NCBI GenBank assembly: GCA_013151235.1
Contig: JAADIO010000030.1
Location: 1 to 34,197, forward strand
DNA: 34,197 nt
DNA from: Deltaproteobacteria bacterium
Lineage (GTDB): Bacteria > CG2-30-53-67
Direction of reading: 5' to 3'
Shown: piece after piece, positions 6,611 to 15,055 of the stretch
How the letters are laid out: the number at the start of each line of letters is the position of its first letter
Numbering within the stretch: the first letter of the stretch is position 1
Translations under genes and position numbers: made by a program
The notes under the pieces: model-generated
Databases searched by the model: none
Told to the model about the DNA's origin: nothing
The model's input: the letters and a program-made list of their open reading frames with translations, nothing else

Positions 6611-8905
6611 TCAGGAAGTGAAATCCTCCAGTCTTGACTTGAGGCGGTTCACCGGAATTATGTAAGGATTCTGGGCCTTGAGATAGGGAGTCAAATTGCG
6701 GAAGGCCTTTTCGGCAGCGGCCTTGTCGGAATAAATTCCGCAGAGGACCTTGTAGACCGGTTTCTTGTTCAGACTGCTTTCCACAATGAAGACCTTCTCC
6801 TCCGGTCCGGACGCACGGATGTCTCGTGCGGCATAACTCAGATAGGAGGTCAGCTCGATCTGAATGGAATAGGCATCGTTCGGAGCGTTCCGGATCACAT
6901 CGGACCAGTTGGAAAAAGCCGATTCCAGATTCCCGTCATGAAAACTGGCCAGACCCGCATCATAGGCATTCTCCCAGGGCTCTCTCATGGCGGACACCGG
7001 TGGAGGAACCTCTTCGTCCGCAGTAATCCCGGAAGGGGTCTCCTTTACAGGTGCAGGCTTGGAAGGAGGAGAAGAAGCCTCTTTCACCGGCATGGTTTTG
7101 TCAACAGGAGGCTCCTGCACGGGAGGAATGACGGCAACGGCCTGCTTCTCCGGAACGACCTTCTCAGACGCAGACGGAGCGGATTTCGCAGGAGACTTTG
7201 CTTTTTCCGGGGGAACCGGAATCGCCTCTCCGGCGGTCGTTTCGTTCTTTGCCAGTTCGTGGATGATCTCTTCCGGTGTCTTCGTCTCGACCTGCTCCTC
7301 GGGGGGAACCGCAACCGCTGATTTTTCCGTCCGGATCTCCTTTGCCTTCTTTGCATAGAAAAGGGCCATGGCACCGAACAGAAGAATGAGTACAACAACA
7401 GGAATCCCGACCAGGAGCGGCCATTTCTTCTTTTTCTTTTCCGGTCCACCTGCCGGAAGGGATCCTTCCTCCCGGGACATATCCTCCACCTCCGTCGCTT
7501 CCCCTTCCGCCTCCTTTTCCACGGCCTCTTCCAGAACCGCTTCCTGGTCCGGAGTCAGGACTTCCTCCTGAGGCTCTCCTCCTTCAGCCGCGGTTTCTTC
7601 TTCCCCGGCAAACGCTTCGTCAGAGATTTCTTCTTCCTCCGCCTTTTCAGGATCCTCCTGCATAGTCGTTTCTTCCGCTTCCAGCCCCGCGTCGTTATCC
7701 GCCGCAGATGTTACGAGCACCGCTTCGTCTTCCCCTTCCATTTCCTCTCGAAGCCCCTCCTCTGCTGCGGCCTCTTCTTCATCGCCGGCAGGCGCTTCCG
7801 GTTCGGCTGCGACCTCTTCTTCATCCGGGGCAGGCGCTTCCGGTTCGTCAACCGCCTCCCCGACCGCTTCATCCACGGCGGCATCGATCAACTCCGTTAC
7901 CTCCTCCGCTGCCTCTTCCTCCTCCATCTCATCCTGAGGGGGAAGGAGTTCCTCATCCAGCTCATCCGGCGGCAGCTCCGTTTCCGCAGCCTCTCCTTCC
8001 TCAAGGGACTCTTCCCCCTCCGCAGCTTCCGGCATGAGATCATCCATGACCGAAGCAAGGGAGGCCTGATCCAGTTCCGGGATCTCTTCCTGCGTCTCTT
8101 CCCCGGACACGGCCTCCTGCCGTGCCGTCTCTTTCTTTTCCTCTTCCGCCTTTTCTTTCTTTTCCGGCTCCACCGGAACCTGCAGACGGACAACACCGAG
8201 ATTATAAAGGGTATAGAGGATCTTTTTCGTCAACTCCGGATCGAGTGAAACGGAATCGATCACCTCCTGCACCGTTATCCCATCAACCAGGACCTCTAAA
8301 ACCTCCCGGTCTGCTCCCTGAAAGCTCAGTTCCTCGGAACGATAGCTGAGTTCCGTCGGTTTCAGCACCTGATCGGTTCTGCCGAGAATCCGGTCGATCA
8401 GCCCTTCTTTCCGGATCTGGCGGACCCCTTCCGAAATCAGCTTGGAAAATTTCACATGGAAACGGGGAAGTCCGGGCGGCACCAGACCGGCGGCCTCCCT
8501 CTCTTCAAAAGAATAGGTCCCCTCCTCCCAGGCGAAGAGAGAAAAGAGGATCGAGATGAACTGGTATTTGGTGTTGGCGTAGAGTTCATCCTGGGAGAGA
8601 ATCCCTTTGCGGGTGATGATCTGACCGAAATTGTCGCCGCTGTCCTTCCGGGACTCGAGGATGACTTCATCAAGCTGGGCACGGGAAATCTTTCCCCGTT
8701 TACAGAGAATCTCTCCCAAGAGTTCCTTCTTGATATTCGAACGGGAGGCGATCGGCTCACCGTTCAGGAAGAAGGAGCGCTTGACGATCTTCCCTTTCTG
8801 GGCGACCAGAATGCCCGTTTTCCCAGACTTGCGGATCTCCGCCAGAAGGGCGGGAAAGGACTTTTCCTGAAACGTTCCGTTCAGCATGACGTCTTCAGTC
8901 ATCAC
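6611..8905 (-). CDS. Large bitopic membrane protein: DUF4388-like N-terminus, acidic linker, TM, Pro-rich linker, SPOR-like C-terminus
   Basis: N-terminal GTFQEKSFPALL..KTGIL..GEPIASRSN..LLGEIL..LFAWEEGTYSF pattern; very Glu-rich middle; KKKKKW followed by a TM; C-terminal YSIQI..YKVLCGIYSDKAAAEKAFRNL resembles SPOR. Confidence 0.75.
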   Translation of the reverse strand: MMTEDVMLNGTFQEKSFPALLAEIRKSGKTGILVAQKGKIVKRSFFLNGEPIASRSNIKKELLGEILCKRGKISRAQLDEVILESRKDSGDNFGQIITRKGILSQDELYANTKYQFISILFSLFAWEEGTYSFEEREAAGLVPPGLPRFHVKFSKLISEGVRQIRKEGLIDRILGRTDQVLKPTELSYRSEELSFQGADREVLEVLVDGITVQEVIDSVSLDPELTKKILYTLYNLGVVRLQVPVEPEKKEKAEEEKKETARQEAVSGEETQEEIPELDQASLASVMDDLMPEAAEGEESLEEGEAAETELPPDELDEELLPPQDEMEEEEAAEEVTELIDAAVDEAVGEAVDEPEAPAPDEEEVAAEPEAPAGDEEEAAAEEGLREEMEGEDEAVLVTSAADNDAGLEAEETTMQEDPEKAEEEEISDEAFAGEEETAAEGGEPQEEVLTPDQEAVLEEAVEKEAEGEATEVEDMSREEGSLPAGGPEKKKKKWPLLVGIPVVVLILLFGAMALFYAKKAKEIRTEKSAVAVPPEEQVETKTPEEIIHELAKNETTAGEAIPVPPEKAKSPAKSAPSASEKVVPEKQAVAVIPPVQEPPVDKTMPVKEASSPPSKPAPVKETPSGITADEEVPPPVSAMREPWENAYDAGLASFHDGNLESAFSNWSDVIRNAPNDAYSIQIELTSYLSYAARDIRASGPEEKVFIVESSLNKKPVYKVLCGIYSDKAAAEKAFRNLTPYLKAQNPYIIPVNRLKSRLEDFTS
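7764..7847 (-). repeat. 42-bp in-frame tandem duplication in the acidic linker
   Basis: Units 7764-7805 and 7806-7847 encode EPEAPAGDEEEAAA and EPEAPAPDEEEVAA. Confidence 0.9.
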
Positions 8906-8950
8906 AGCCCCCGGGATCGGTTTTTGTATTATTTACGAAAGGTTAGAGAC

Positions 8951-8979
8951 AATATATCGCACAAGTTCTTAAAATGCAA
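8951..8979 (-). promoter_or_regulatory. Putative sigma70 promoter of the DUF4388-like gene
   Basis: TTGCAT-17 nt-TATATT, about 45 nt upstream of the start. Confidence 0.55.
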
Positions 8980-9058
8980 GAGGGAATCATTCGATGCACC
9001 CATCATTTTTTCAGTCTCCCCCGGCGCAGTATCCTGCACACAGGAAGTCCGATCGGCA

Positions 9059-9832
9059 TCAGTCCCACTGGTGGAGATGGAAGTGTTCGTGATCGACCGG
9101 ACCGTGAGCGTGACGGTGGGAATGAACGAGGTTCGCCTCGATCAGCTTCTCCATATCGTTGAGGAACGGAGCGAGTTCTCCGTCGTATATGAGCCTGTGT
9201 TCCTCGGAGAGGATCAGGCATCGTGTGCCGAGTTCCTGGGCGAGGCTCAAGTTATGCGTGGTGATCAGGGTGGTCAGATCAAGCTCCGACAGGAAATCGA
9301 TGAGCCGGCCGGTCGATCTCGGATCGAGACTCGAGGTCGGTTCATCGAGAAGGAGGGTCGCAGGTTCCACGGCAAGGAGCGAGGCCAGACAGACCTTCTG
9401 CTTCTCCCCGCCGCTCAGGTTAAAGGGGGGGCGATCCAGGTAGCGGGAGAGTCCGAGCCGGTCCGCCCAGTGCCGGACCCGATCCTCTATGTCCTCCATC
9501 CCGAGCTGCCGCGGTCCGAAGGCGATCTCGTCGAAGACCGTGGGGTTGAAGATCATCATGTCCGGATTCTGGAAGAGGAGGACCACTTCAGAGCGGAACC
9601 GGCGGTTGAACCCCTTCCGGCGCAGGAGCTTCCGGGTAAGCGGATCGCCGCGATAGGTGACCCTCCCCCGTTCCGGGAAGAGCAGGCCGTCCAGGATCTT
9701 CAGCAGGGTTGACTTTCCGCTCCCGTTGACACCGAGGAGGACGACCTTTTCCTTCTCCTCCACGCGGAAGGAGAGATCCTCAAGGACTGTCCGGTCGCCG
9801 TATGAAAATGCAATCTGTTCGACCTCAATCAT
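9059..9832 (-). CDS. nikO: ECF transporter ATPase (NikO/CbiO) with His-rich tail
   Basis: Walker A GVNGSGKST, FQNPD Q-loop, LSGGEKQKV and LLLDEP; C-terminal HSHRHAHGPVDHEHFHLH. Confidence 0.9.
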   Translation of the reverse strand: MIEVEQIAFSYGDRTVLEDLSFRVEEKEKVVLLGVNGSGKSTLLKILDGLLFPERGRVTYRGDPLTRKLLRRKGFNRRFRSEVVLLFQNPDMMIFNPTVFDEIAFGPRQLGMEDIEDRVRHWADRLGLSRYLDRPPFNLSGGEKQKVCLASLLAVEPATLLLDEPTSSLDPRSTGRLIDFLSELDLTTLITTHNLSLAQELGTRCLILSEEHRLIYDGELAPFLNDMEKLIEANLVHSHRHAHGPVDHEHFHLHQWD

Positions 9833-10379
9833 TCCGAAACCCCCTCGATTTCATTGCAAGTGTAATCTCTCTCGAATTGCGGATGGAGCGGTCGAGGAAG
9901 AGATAGACCGCGGAAGATACGAAACGGTAGAGATCTCGCCTTCCCGGACGAATGATCGTTCGGCTCTTCATGGAGAGGAGAAGCTCGGAAAGAAGCCTCC
10001 GGAAGGTGAGGATCTGGCTGTAGGAGAGGGTCAGGAGGAATGTAAGAGTCTTCGAGAAGGAGAGGGCGGAAAAGAGGTTGACCCGTTCGATCAGCAGGAA
10101 GGTGGAGAAGGTCAAAAGATAAGTCCGTGCATTGATCAAAAGAAGGGGCGCAAGAAAAGGGGCGCCCCGGGTCATAGAGAGGAGCATATAAGAAATCGAT
10201 ACGGCCGAGTTGAAGAGGAGAAGGGCGAAGAAGGTCCTCTTCGCAAGCCTGAAAAACGAGCGGCCGGAAAACACCGCCAGCACAATGGCAGCACCCGCCA
10301 TGACCGCCATGCCGTGGAAAGAGGTAAGAAAGAGAACACCGGCAAGATAAAGGAGAAAACAAACGGAATCCCGGTTCAC
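9825..10379 (-). CDS. nikQ: ECF transporter T component (NikQ/CbiQ)
   Basis: Hydrophobic, with two MKSR motifs including the terminal AMKSRGF; overlaps both neighbours. Confidence 0.85.
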   Translation of the reverse strand: MNRDSVCFLLYLAGVLFLTSFHGMAVMAGAAIVLAVFSGRSFFRLAKRTFFALLLFNSAVSISYMLLSMTRGAPFLAPLLLINARTYLLTFSTFLLIERVNLFSALSFSKTLTFLLTLSYSQILTFRRLLSELLLSMKSRTIIRPGRRDLYRFVSSAVYLFLDRSIRNSREITLAMKSRGFRND

Positions 10380-10684
10380 TTCCGCCCCCTCCCGTCAAAC
10401 CTGCTCCAGGCAAAAAAGATCCCGAAGATCAGAACGATTCCGATTACCGCCGACAGGTAATATCCGAGTACGGCGCCGTGCCCCTCCAACTGATATCCGG
10501 AAATCGGGGCTTGGTACCACGAGGCGAAGTGCCGGAGCCGCTCCGGGATAAAACCGAGGAGCGTCCTGTAATAGTCCGCCTCCCATTCTCCCCAGGCCGG
10601 ACTGGTCGTCAGAAGCCCCAAGGGCACGAGCAGGAGGAAGAGGCCGATGAGCAGATAGAGCTTTTTTACATTATTCTTCTTCAT
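10376..10684 (-). CDS. nikN: Small two-TM accessory subunit (NikN/PDGLE-like)
   Basis: LLVPLGLL..AWGEW..APISGY..GYYLSAVIG pattern, located between the M and Q subunits. Confidence 0.75.
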   Translation of the reverse strand: MKKNNVKKLYLLIGLFLLLVPLGLLTTSPAWGEWEADYYRTLLGFIPERLRHFASWYQAPISGYQLEGHGAVLGYYLSAVIGIVLIFGIFFAWSRFDGRGRK

Positions 10685-11348
10685 CTCTCACCTCCACAGG
10701 AAAGCCCTCCGGACGGATCCGCCGGACGAAGTTCAGGACCAGGACCGTAAAAATTCCCTCCGCCACGCCGAAGAAGAGCATGTGTGCACCGACCAGGGCC
10801 GGGACGGTCACCGAAATCGGAAAAGGAAAGAAGAGCGGTTTCCCGGCCGAGTCGGCGGCGATCACCGGCTGAATTCCGAGGGCCAGCGCAATCCCGACCG
10901 ACGCGAGGACGATGCTCGACCACCCGGAGAGAAACGCGGCGACGGAACGCCGGATCCGCTTCTCAAGAAACGGATAGAGCCAGGCGGCCGTAAAGGCGGC
11001 GATGCAGCCCATGGTCAGGGCATTGATCGGGAAGGAGGTGATCCCCCCGTCCCCGAAGAGGAGCGCCTGGATCAAAAGGACCAGGCTCACGGAGAGAAAG
11101 CCGGTCCAGGGACCGAAGAGGATGGCGATCACCGCCGTCCCGATGGCGTGCCCGCTCGTCCCGCCGGGGATCGGGATGTTCAACATCATGATCATGAAGG
11201 ACAGCGCGGTCAGGGCCGATATGAATGGAAGCGTCTCCTCGTTAAGGAGCCTCCTGACCCGCCGGAAGGCATGGACCCACAGCGGCACCGCGACAGCGTA
11301 TGCCGGCAGATAGGTCACAGGTGAGAGATACCCGTCCGGAATGTGCAT
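10671..11348 (-). CDS. nikM: ECF substrate-binding component NikM/CbiM
   Basis: N-terminal MHIPDGYL metal-binding motif, PIPGGTSGH and QALLFGDGG. Confidence 0.92.
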   Translation of the reverse strand: MHIPDGYLSPVTYLPAYAVAVPLWVHAFRRVRRLLNEETLPFISALTALSFMIMMLNIPIPGGTSGHAIGTAVIAILFGPWTGFLSVSLVLLIQALLFGDGGITSFPINALTMGCIAAFTAAWLYPFLEKRIRRSVAAFLSGWSSIVLASVGIALALGIQPVIAADSAGKPLFFPFPISVTVPALVGAHMLFFGVAEGIFTVLVLNFVRRIRPEGFPVEVRDEEE

Positions 11349-11394
11349 TGGTCTTCTCCTTTCAGTCGATATGGACCTGTCACAAACAGATCAT

Positions 11395-12678
11395 TTAAAA
11401 ACTCACATTCAGCCGGAGGCTTGCCACCCAGATCGACTCGAGGTCGCCCGACCCCAGCGGGTTTTTCGTGTACTGCAAATCCGGAGTCAACGACAGGGTC
11501 TCCGTGACCTGGCGCCGGTAGAAGAGCTCGGAAATCAAAAGACCCTTTTCATAAAGAGTAAGGTTCCTCCCGCCGACGCTCCACTTCTTCTTTGCTGCGT
11601 CACTCGACCTGATCGTCCCCGCAGCAAAACCGAACGTGTCGCGCCCGCTTGCAAAAGAAAGTCCCAGATTGTAGAACCGGGAAAAGTCAAGGACCGACTT
11701 TTCCCCCGCAGAATAGCGGCCGAAAAGGGTCAGGTGTTCAGTGAGATGCTGATCGAAACTCAGGCCGAACCCCTGGTTGTTGTCGGTGCCGGTCCCGTCG
11801 AGACGATCAAAATCGGTCGTATCCTTCCAGCCGTAGAGCCGGTAGTTCCCCTCTTTTCCTGCCGGTGCGACATGCCATCCGATTTCGGCGGCATAGACCG
11901 TGGAAAAATCATCAGACCGGGCGAAGAGGCGGTCCTGGGCGTAGCTCCTGTCGTCCCCTTCAACGTAGAGGAGTGTCCCGTAAAAACCGTGTACGAAATT
12001 ATAGGTGATCCGCATGCCGGGGACAAAACTCGGAAGGCCGGTAATCGGGCTGTCGTAGAATGCCGCATTCATGAACTGCTCCGTCTCGTCGCCGGCGGCT
12101 TCGTTTGTGTCGATATAGAGGGTGCCGTCCAGAAGACCGAAGGTCCAGATCAGGCGGCCATCAAGGAACTTCCCCTCGTACCAGGCCTCAAGAAGTTTGT
12201 TGTTATCGTGCAGATCCTGTTCCGTGTAGTGCGCAAAGGGAGTAAGCCCGGAGGCCTCGGTCATCTCCGGGATGACCCCGTCCCCCTTCGCCATGGAGAG
12301 ATGGGCCGAGGCGAGACCGTGCATTCCGACCGGATATTCGATGAAGAGGTCGAAGTTGCTCGACATGTCGAGCCGCTCTTTGGTATCAAGCGGATCAGAG
12401 GCGGTCACACCGGTCCGGTTCAGGTCCGACGCGACATCGGAGTAGCCGGACGTCCCGGAGAGCACGGAAAGGATCCCGCCGGAGAAGGCCACCCGTTCAT
12501 ACCACGGGTGTTCGGAGGCGGGGAGTGGTTTTCCCTTCAGGACCTTCTCTTCGAGCGCCCGGATCCGTTTCCGAAGCTCCCGAGTCTCCGGCGTGTCGTC
12601 CGCCCAAACGGGGCGCACTAATACCGCGGCCATTAATATCGACAGAACCAGAATCCCCGCCATCCTCCTTCGCACCAT
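11395..12678 (-). CDS. Outer-membrane porin, OprB/carbohydrate-porin-like
   Basis: Signal peptide, short coiled coil, EAWYE..D.NEAAGDETEQFMN, ELFYR..LTPDLQY..NP and terminal Phe. Start ATG 12678 after AAGGAG. Confidence 0.8.
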   Translation of the reverse strand: MVRRRMAGILVLSILMAAVLVRPVWADDTPETRELRKRIRALEEKVLKGKPLPASEHPWYERVAFSGGILSVLSGTSGYSDVASDLNRTGVTASDPLDTKERLDMSSNFDLFIEYPVGMHGLASAHLSMAKGDGVIPEMTEASGLTPFAHYTEQDLHDNNKLLEAWYEGKFLDGRLIWTFGLLDGTLYIDTNEAAGDETEQFMNAAFYDSPITGLPSFVPGMRITYNFVHGFYGTLLYVEGDDRSYAQDRLFARSDDFSTVYAAEIGWHVAPAGKEGNYRLYGWKDTTDFDRLDGTGTDNNQGFGLSFDQHLTEHLTLFGRYSAGEKSVLDFSRFYNLGLSFASGRDTFGFAAGTIRSSDAAKKKWSVGGRNLTLYEKGLLISELFYRRQVTETLSLTPDLQYTKNPLGSGDLESIWVASLRLNVSF

Positions 12679-12698
12679 CGTATTCTCCTTTCTTTTGA

Positions 12699-12747
12699 TT
12701 AACATGATTTTCAGGTTCGTGTTACCACCCGTGAAAAAAAATAACCG
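12699..12747. promoter_or_regulatory. Possible second NikR site upstream of the porin gene
   Basis: Exact half-site GTGTTAC at 12719-12725; only imperfect partners (TTAACAT 12699-12705 or ATAACCG 12741-12747). Confidence 0.4.
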
Positions 12748-12771
12748 CAGACGGACTTTTCCAAACCCTTT

Positions 12772-13191
12772 TCAGGCAAGCCCTTTGCCCGCCGTTGCCA
12801 GCGTCAACTTCCCGTGCTTCACCCCCTTCGTCCCGATCAGCCGGTCGGCCAGTTGCCGGATCTTATTCGCTTTCCCCCTGACGACAAGGACCTCAAGGCA
12901 GTTGCGGGCATCCATGTGTACATGCATGGAGGAGATAATCAACTCGTGGTGGCCGTGCTGCATGTGGGTCAGGTGGTCGGAGAGCTCCCGCGTCTCATGA
13001 TTATAGACGAGGGTGATCGTCCCGACCGTTTCCTTCGTCCCCACGGTCCACTCCTCCCGGACAAGCCGGTCCCGAATCAGGTCCCGGATTGCCTCGGAAC
13101 GGCTCCCGTACCCCTTGCCGTGAATGAGATGATCGAACCGCTCTAAAAGTTCCGTCTCGATGGAGACGCCGAAACGCGTAATTCCCGACAT
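12772..13191 (-). CDS. nikR: Nickel-responsive regulator NikR
   Basis: RHH N-terminus [20 protein letters not shown]; metal site QH..HVH..CLEV. Start ATG 13191. Confidence 0.97.
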   Translation of the reverse strand: MSGITRFGVSIETELLERFDHLIHGKGYGSRSEAIRDLIRDRLVREEWTVGTKETVGTITLVYNHETRELSDHLTHMQHGHHELIISSMHVHMDARNCLEVLVVRGKANKIRQLADRLIGTKGVKHGKLTLATAGKGLA

Positions 13192-13207
13192 GATTTCCCT
13201 CAAGTTT

Positions 13208-13244
13208 GTGTTACTTTTATAATAATTATAACACGGAATGTCAA
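13208..13244 (-). promoter_or_regulatory. nikR promoter overlapped by a putative NikR operator
   Basis: TTGACA(13244-13239)-17 nt-TATAAA(13221-13216); inverted repeat GTGTTA-N15-TAACAC at 13208-13234 straddles the -10. Confidence 0.85.
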
Positions 13245-13960
13245 GGATTATTTTTCAGCCGGTAACGGATGCGGACCTCCATGGGAAGTCCCCCCTCCCT
13301 GCGGCACCCCGGCGGCGGCGGTGGAAAAGGCGCGGCCCTGCGGAGAGAGGTAAGCGCCGCATCCCGGAGAATCCTCCCGCCGGTGGAACCGGGCGCCGCC
13401 CCTTCCTCCCGGACCCCACCATCCGGCAGGAGCAGAAACCGCAGGATTACATCCCCTTCGATCCTCCTTCGTCTTGCGCGAAAGGGATACCGTTTCTCCC
13501 CCGCGATCCGTTCCAGGATCAACGTCCTGTACGCGTCGGGGACCCCTTCTTCTCCCCGTCTTGCCGCCGGGGCGGACCGGCCGGCAATGTGGTATTCACC
13601 GGCCGCGGCAGCCAAAGGAACCGGATCCTGCTCCTTCTCCCTGATCAGGTTTCCGGCATCGGAGGGAAGAGGCCGGACGTTCCTTCTCTCTTCACTATGC
13701 GCTTTCATCCTCTTTGCGACGGGAGACAAGACCCGCCTCTTCCCGGCCCTCCGGCGCCGCGCGACGGCGGGACGTGGAGCGGCCCCTTTCCTGCAGCGGG
13801 CCAAAGCTCCGCCGGTCCCCTCCGCCTCTTTCACGATCCGCAGCGGGATAAGGACGCCGGACCCGGTTCCGGTCAGCAAGGGCGGGCGCCACGGGGCGGC
13901 CATCAGCAGGAAACCGTGCAGGAGGAGGGAGAGGAGCAGCGCTACATGAACAGGTCTCAT
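13241..13960 (-). CDS. tonB: Energy transducer TonB
   Basis: N-terminal TM with SLLLH; C-terminal [27 protein letters not shown]; follows exbB and exbD. Confidence 0.85.
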   Translation of the reverse strand: MRPVHVALLLSLLLHGFLLMAAPWRPPLLTGTGSGVLIPLRIVKEAEGTGGALARCRKGAAPRPAVARRRRAGKRRVLSPVAKRMKAHSEERRNVRPLPSDAGNLIREKEQDPVPLAAAAGEYHIAGRSAPAARRGEEGVPDAYRTLILERIAGEKRYPFRARRRRIEGDVILRFLLLPDGGVREEGAAPGSTGGRILRDAALTSLRRAAPFPPPPPGCRREGGLPMEVRIRYRLKNNP

Positions 13961-14379
13961 TTCCCTTCTCCGCCCCTCGCCCCTTTCCGCCTGCCCGCGA
14001 TGAAGAGGGCATCCGCCCCCGCCCCGGAGACCGACTCCAGGACATGTACCACAACGCCGTAGGGGGCATGCTCGTCGCCACGGATTACGACGGTCTTCGT
14101 CCCCTTCCTTCCCATCTCCCTGCGCAGGAGGGCGGCAAGATCATCCTCGCCGGCCCTCCGGCCGTCCAGGGAGGTCCCGCCGGAGCGGTCAATCGTAAGG
14201 ACGATCCGATTCCCTCTTTCGGATCTCCCGCGGCCGATCTCCGGGAGGTCGATCCCGAGGTTCAACGGGGCCGTGAAGCTCGCAGTCAGGAGGAAGAAGA
14301 CGAGGAGGAGGAAGACCATGTCAATCAACGGGGTCATGTCAAACCCGGCCGGGATTCGGCGTCTCTTCCTAAACTCCAT
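13957..14379 (-). CDS. exbD: Biopolymer transporter ExbD
   Basis: DMTPLIDMVFLLLVFF and IRGDEHAPYGVVVHVL. Confidence 0.95.
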   Translation of the reverse strand: MEFRKRRRIPAGFDMTPLIDMVFLLLVFFLLTASFTAPLNLGIDLPEIGRGRSERGNRIVLTIDRSGGTSLDGRRAGEDDLAALLRREMGRKGTKTVVIRGDEHAPYGVVVHVLESVSGAGADALFIAGRRKGARGGEGK

Positions 14380-15031
14380 AGAGATCCTCCACCGTTGCAG
14401 GAATCTCGACCGGCCCGGCGGCGGAGGACTCCGCCTTCGCTTCGAGGACCAGGGATACGGCCTCCTTCATCCCGGCCTCGACCCTGTCCGCCGCCGACTC
14501 AAAGAGATGGGACGCGGCAAGGGCCGGTACGGCCACAATGAGCCCGGCCGCCGTGGTCAGCATCGCCTCCCACAACCCCCCGGCAAGCAGGGTGACATTG
14601 GTGACCCCCCCGGCCGCCTCGATGCTCATGAAGACGCGGATCATACCGGTCACGGTCCCGAGGAGGCCGAGCAGCGGGGTAATCCGGGCGAGGAGGGCAA
14701 GTCCCGGCAGGTACCGCTCCAGTCTCCCCAACTCCACCGATCCGACCCGCAGGACCGCCTCTTCGCACCGCCTGCGTCCCTCCCCGATCCGCTCCAGGGC
14801 GGTCAGGGCCACGGCGGCGACGGGACCCGGCCGGCGGCGGGCAAGTGCGGCGGCGTCATGAAACCTTCCGTCGCGGATCAGCCTCTCAAATTCTTCCCGG
14901 AAACTCCGGGCCTTCCATCCCGCACGGACATAGTGATAGAACCGGTCCAGGATCAGCGCCGTGCCGATCACCGAACAGAGGAGGAGGGGCGCCATCAGCG
15001 CCCCCCCCTTCCAGATGAACTGCCACATCAT
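14369..15031 (-). CDS. exbB: MotA/TolQ/ExbB proton channel protein
   Basis: PLLGLLGTVTGMI and LAGGLWEAMLTTAAGL. Confidence 0.95.
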   Translation of the reverse strand: MMWQFIWKGGALMAPLLLCSVIGTALILDRFYHYVRAGWKARSFREEFERLIRDGRFHDAAALARRRPGPVAAVALTALERIGEGRRRCEEAVLRVGSVELGRLERYLPGLALLARITPLLGLLGTVTGMIRVFMSIEAAGGVTNVTLLAGGLWEAMLTTAAGLIVAVPALAASHLFESAADRVEAGMKEAVSLVLEAKAESSAAGPVEIPATVEDLYGV

Positions 15032-15055
15032 GATTCTCCTTACAACATTCCGCCG

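Noticed and set aside
12752-12772. GACTTTTCCAAACCC after nikR as an IS end
   Set aside because: No partner repeat or transposase; too short to support.
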